Source: Zootoca vivipara | Taxonomy: Eukaryota | Assembly: GCF_963506605.1 (NCBI RefSeq) | Contig: NC_083285.1 | Location: 39,246,001 to 39,310,000, forward strand | Direction of reading: 5' to 3' | DNA length: 64,000 nt | In this document: piece by piece, positions 61,766 to 64,000 of the stretch | Position numbering within the stretch: the first letter of the stretch is position 1 | Layout: every line of letters starts with the position of its first letter | Notes under the pieces: model-generated | Database searches by the model: none | What the model was told of the DNA's origin: nothing | Seen by the model: the letters and a program-made list of their open reading frames with translations, nothing else | Position numbers and translations under genes: made by a program

Positions 61766-64000
61766 AAAATTAGAATACTTTCTTGTATTGACTTCCTGCT
61801 TCTGTAATTAATTCAGATGACTGTATATAGTCTTGGTTATCCAGTCCTATATCATCCACAGACATGTGAAAACAGAGATATGTCTATGTGCTTAGAATTA
61901 GACTTTATTGTAGGAAGAGTTTGGGATTGACCAGTACAGTATAGCTTTGACAGATCACTAAATTCAGGGTCACACCTCACAAGTATCAATCTTAAAAGCA
62001 GGAAGTGATTCTGCTCATTTACACTCAATGGCTGAGATAATGAGATAAAATCAGCAAATGATTTACTTAACTGCTTGACGCTCCCTCTTTTTAAACTGTT
62101 AGGATTACTTTGTCATTCGGTTGCATAAGGAATTATGGTGTCTGCAGCCAGAGTGCTTTACACAAAGTACTGGAGGCTGCAAAGTATATCATATGCAGGA
62201 GACTGGATAGAGCAAGTGTGGGAGTATGCACTTGTGGCAAAACTAACATGTTTGAGAAAAAAGGAAAGGAAATTGGTCTTGTTGTGTCAAATATTGTAAT
62301 TTATTCAAATGTCTTTACTTAACAATCTTACGTTTTAGGGTGTTTGAAATTTTTATGTTTAACTAGTGCAGGAAAAGAAAATATATTTATTTTTATATAT
62401 ATGACTGTTTTAATAGATGTACACTTGGTTGACATCTTAATTGAGCTATCCAGTTTGACCCCAAGATCTCCTTCCTGATCAGTCACAACCATATGCAAAG
62501 TTAGGGGTTTTTGCTCCACTATGCATCACTTTTCACTTGCTCACATCAAACTACATTTCCCATTTTAATGCCCATTCACCTAGTTTCAATTTACCTTTTT
62601 GGAGTTCCTTGCAATTTCTTTATGTTTTTAATACCCTGAACAACTTAGTGTCATCAGCAAACCAGGTTACTTCTGTACTCTCCCCTAACTCCAGGTCATT
62701 TATGAACAAGTTAAAAAGCACTGGTTACAGTACTAATTTTTGCATTCCCTATAGAGGAAGAATAGTTTATTTATTCCTGCTTTCTATTAATTAACCAGTT
62801 GCTCATTTGTAAGAGGACCTGTCCTCTTTTCCTATGACTGCTAAACTTGTTCTAGGTTCTTTTGGTGAGAGAATTTATCAAAAGCTTTGTGAGAGTCTCA
62901 AGTATGCAATGTCAACTTGGATACCTCTACTTACATGCTTGTTGACACCCCCAAAGAGCTTTAATGGTTTGGTGAGACAGGACGTGCCCTTGTAGAAGCC
63001 ATGCTGCTTTTGCTTCAGCCTGACTTGATCTTCTGCATGTTTGGTAATTCAGTTTTTAATAATTCTGCCCACCAGTTTTACTAGACTAGATATTAAGTTA
63101 AGCTGCCTATAATGTCCCAAGTCTTAGCTGGATTCTTTTTAAACATTGAGCAGTTTCCATTCCTCTAGTATGGAGGCTGATTTTAGGGACAAATTACATA
63201 TTTATTAGAAGATCAGCAATTTCACATTTGAACCACTGAGGAAGCTCACTTGTGCAACTGTGTAACCCAGATGCTTTGGTCATTGGCTGTGAGACACTTT
63301 CAGTCTTAAAGTCACAAATCAGGCTGATATTTTCTGAATATTTGCATTTGTCCATCAGTTGCTGTCCTGTGGCTTACTGTAACACCTGCTGGGTTTGTCA
63401 ACAAGATGGTGACAGTATATTATTTTCCATTTGAACTGCCATATCAGCCAATTCATTTTCTAGCATCTTGATTTCTTCTAGTGTCTCAAATGTTAGCCTT
63501 ACTTAATACTGCAGGTTGTGCTAGCATACATTTGCAGCCTGAACCCAGCCAGTGCACCTTCCATCATGCATGCCTGGCCTGATCCCCTTCGCTCACTTAG
63601 CTTTTGACAGCACTTGATCTGGTATCTCTCCTTGTCCTGCTGTCACCTTTCCTTCTTCAACTCATTCTTTTCCTGGTTTTTTTAAAATTGCTGATCTTAT
63701 TCCAAGTTTTGTCTTGTCCTTTCCTGGCTCTTCCTGTTGCTCTGCTGTTCTGATTTTGGGTGAGTGGATGCATGAGCGGCTGGAGCTTCAGTTTTGTCTA
63801 CTGTTGTGTTTAAGTGAGAGGTTGTGACAGTATTCCTATTGTCTTGAAACTGAAGCAGCACAAAGGAGAATTGAGCTTTTCTGCTGTGGTGAAGAATTTT
63901 ATTGGTTCATTCACTTTCTCTTTTACCTTTATTCCTTTTGCCTCTTCTCTTTCTTTCATGTCTCCTCTCTTCACAACTCAGTGTGCTGAAATCTAAATTT

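Noticed and set aside
63905-64000. Long pyrimidine tract ending ctcag at ~63981, a possible CNOT4 acceptor
   Set aside because: Only ~19 nt follow before the window ends, and they do not match the expected next exon (PIDKPSD); cannot be supported.
1-64000. CRISPR arrays, rRNA genes or prokaryotic operons
   Set aside because: None seen; the window is intron-rich vertebrate DNA.

Overview
Vertebrate genomic DNA, almost certainly a lacertid lizard (Sauria/Squam1 SINEs with ACCTTT tails, young BovB, reptile Penelope-like elements). It holds three spliced genes. NUP205 is on the minus strand (exons 1-12, ATG at 11429, running off the left edge). POLR3H/RPC8 is complete on the plus strand (non-coding exon ~12.7-12.88 kb, six coding exons 14641-22028, 206 aa, one U12-type intron). 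CNOT4 is on the plus strand (non-coding exon 1 ending 30742, coding exons 46603-59283, running off the right edge). Main finding: POLR3H sits between two diverged, collinear copies of the NUP205<-promoter->CNOT4 head-to-head block. Copy A (11.4-13.05 kb) keeps the working NUP205 exon 1, and its CNOT4-exon-1 copy appears to serve as the POLR3H leader exon. Copy B (25.4-30.8 kb) keeps the working CNOT4 exon 1 plus a decayed NUP205 exon 1 that is still a CpG-rich, promoter-like island pointing antisense at POLR3H. Second finding: Penelope-like fragments carry minimal hammerhead ribozymes, one inside a perfect 181-bp fold-back in CNOT4 intron 1. The rest is introns dense with SINEs, hAT and Tc1/mariner MITEs and CR1 fragments. 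Gene identities and comparisons with human proteins or synteny are from memory, and all alignments were done by eye.
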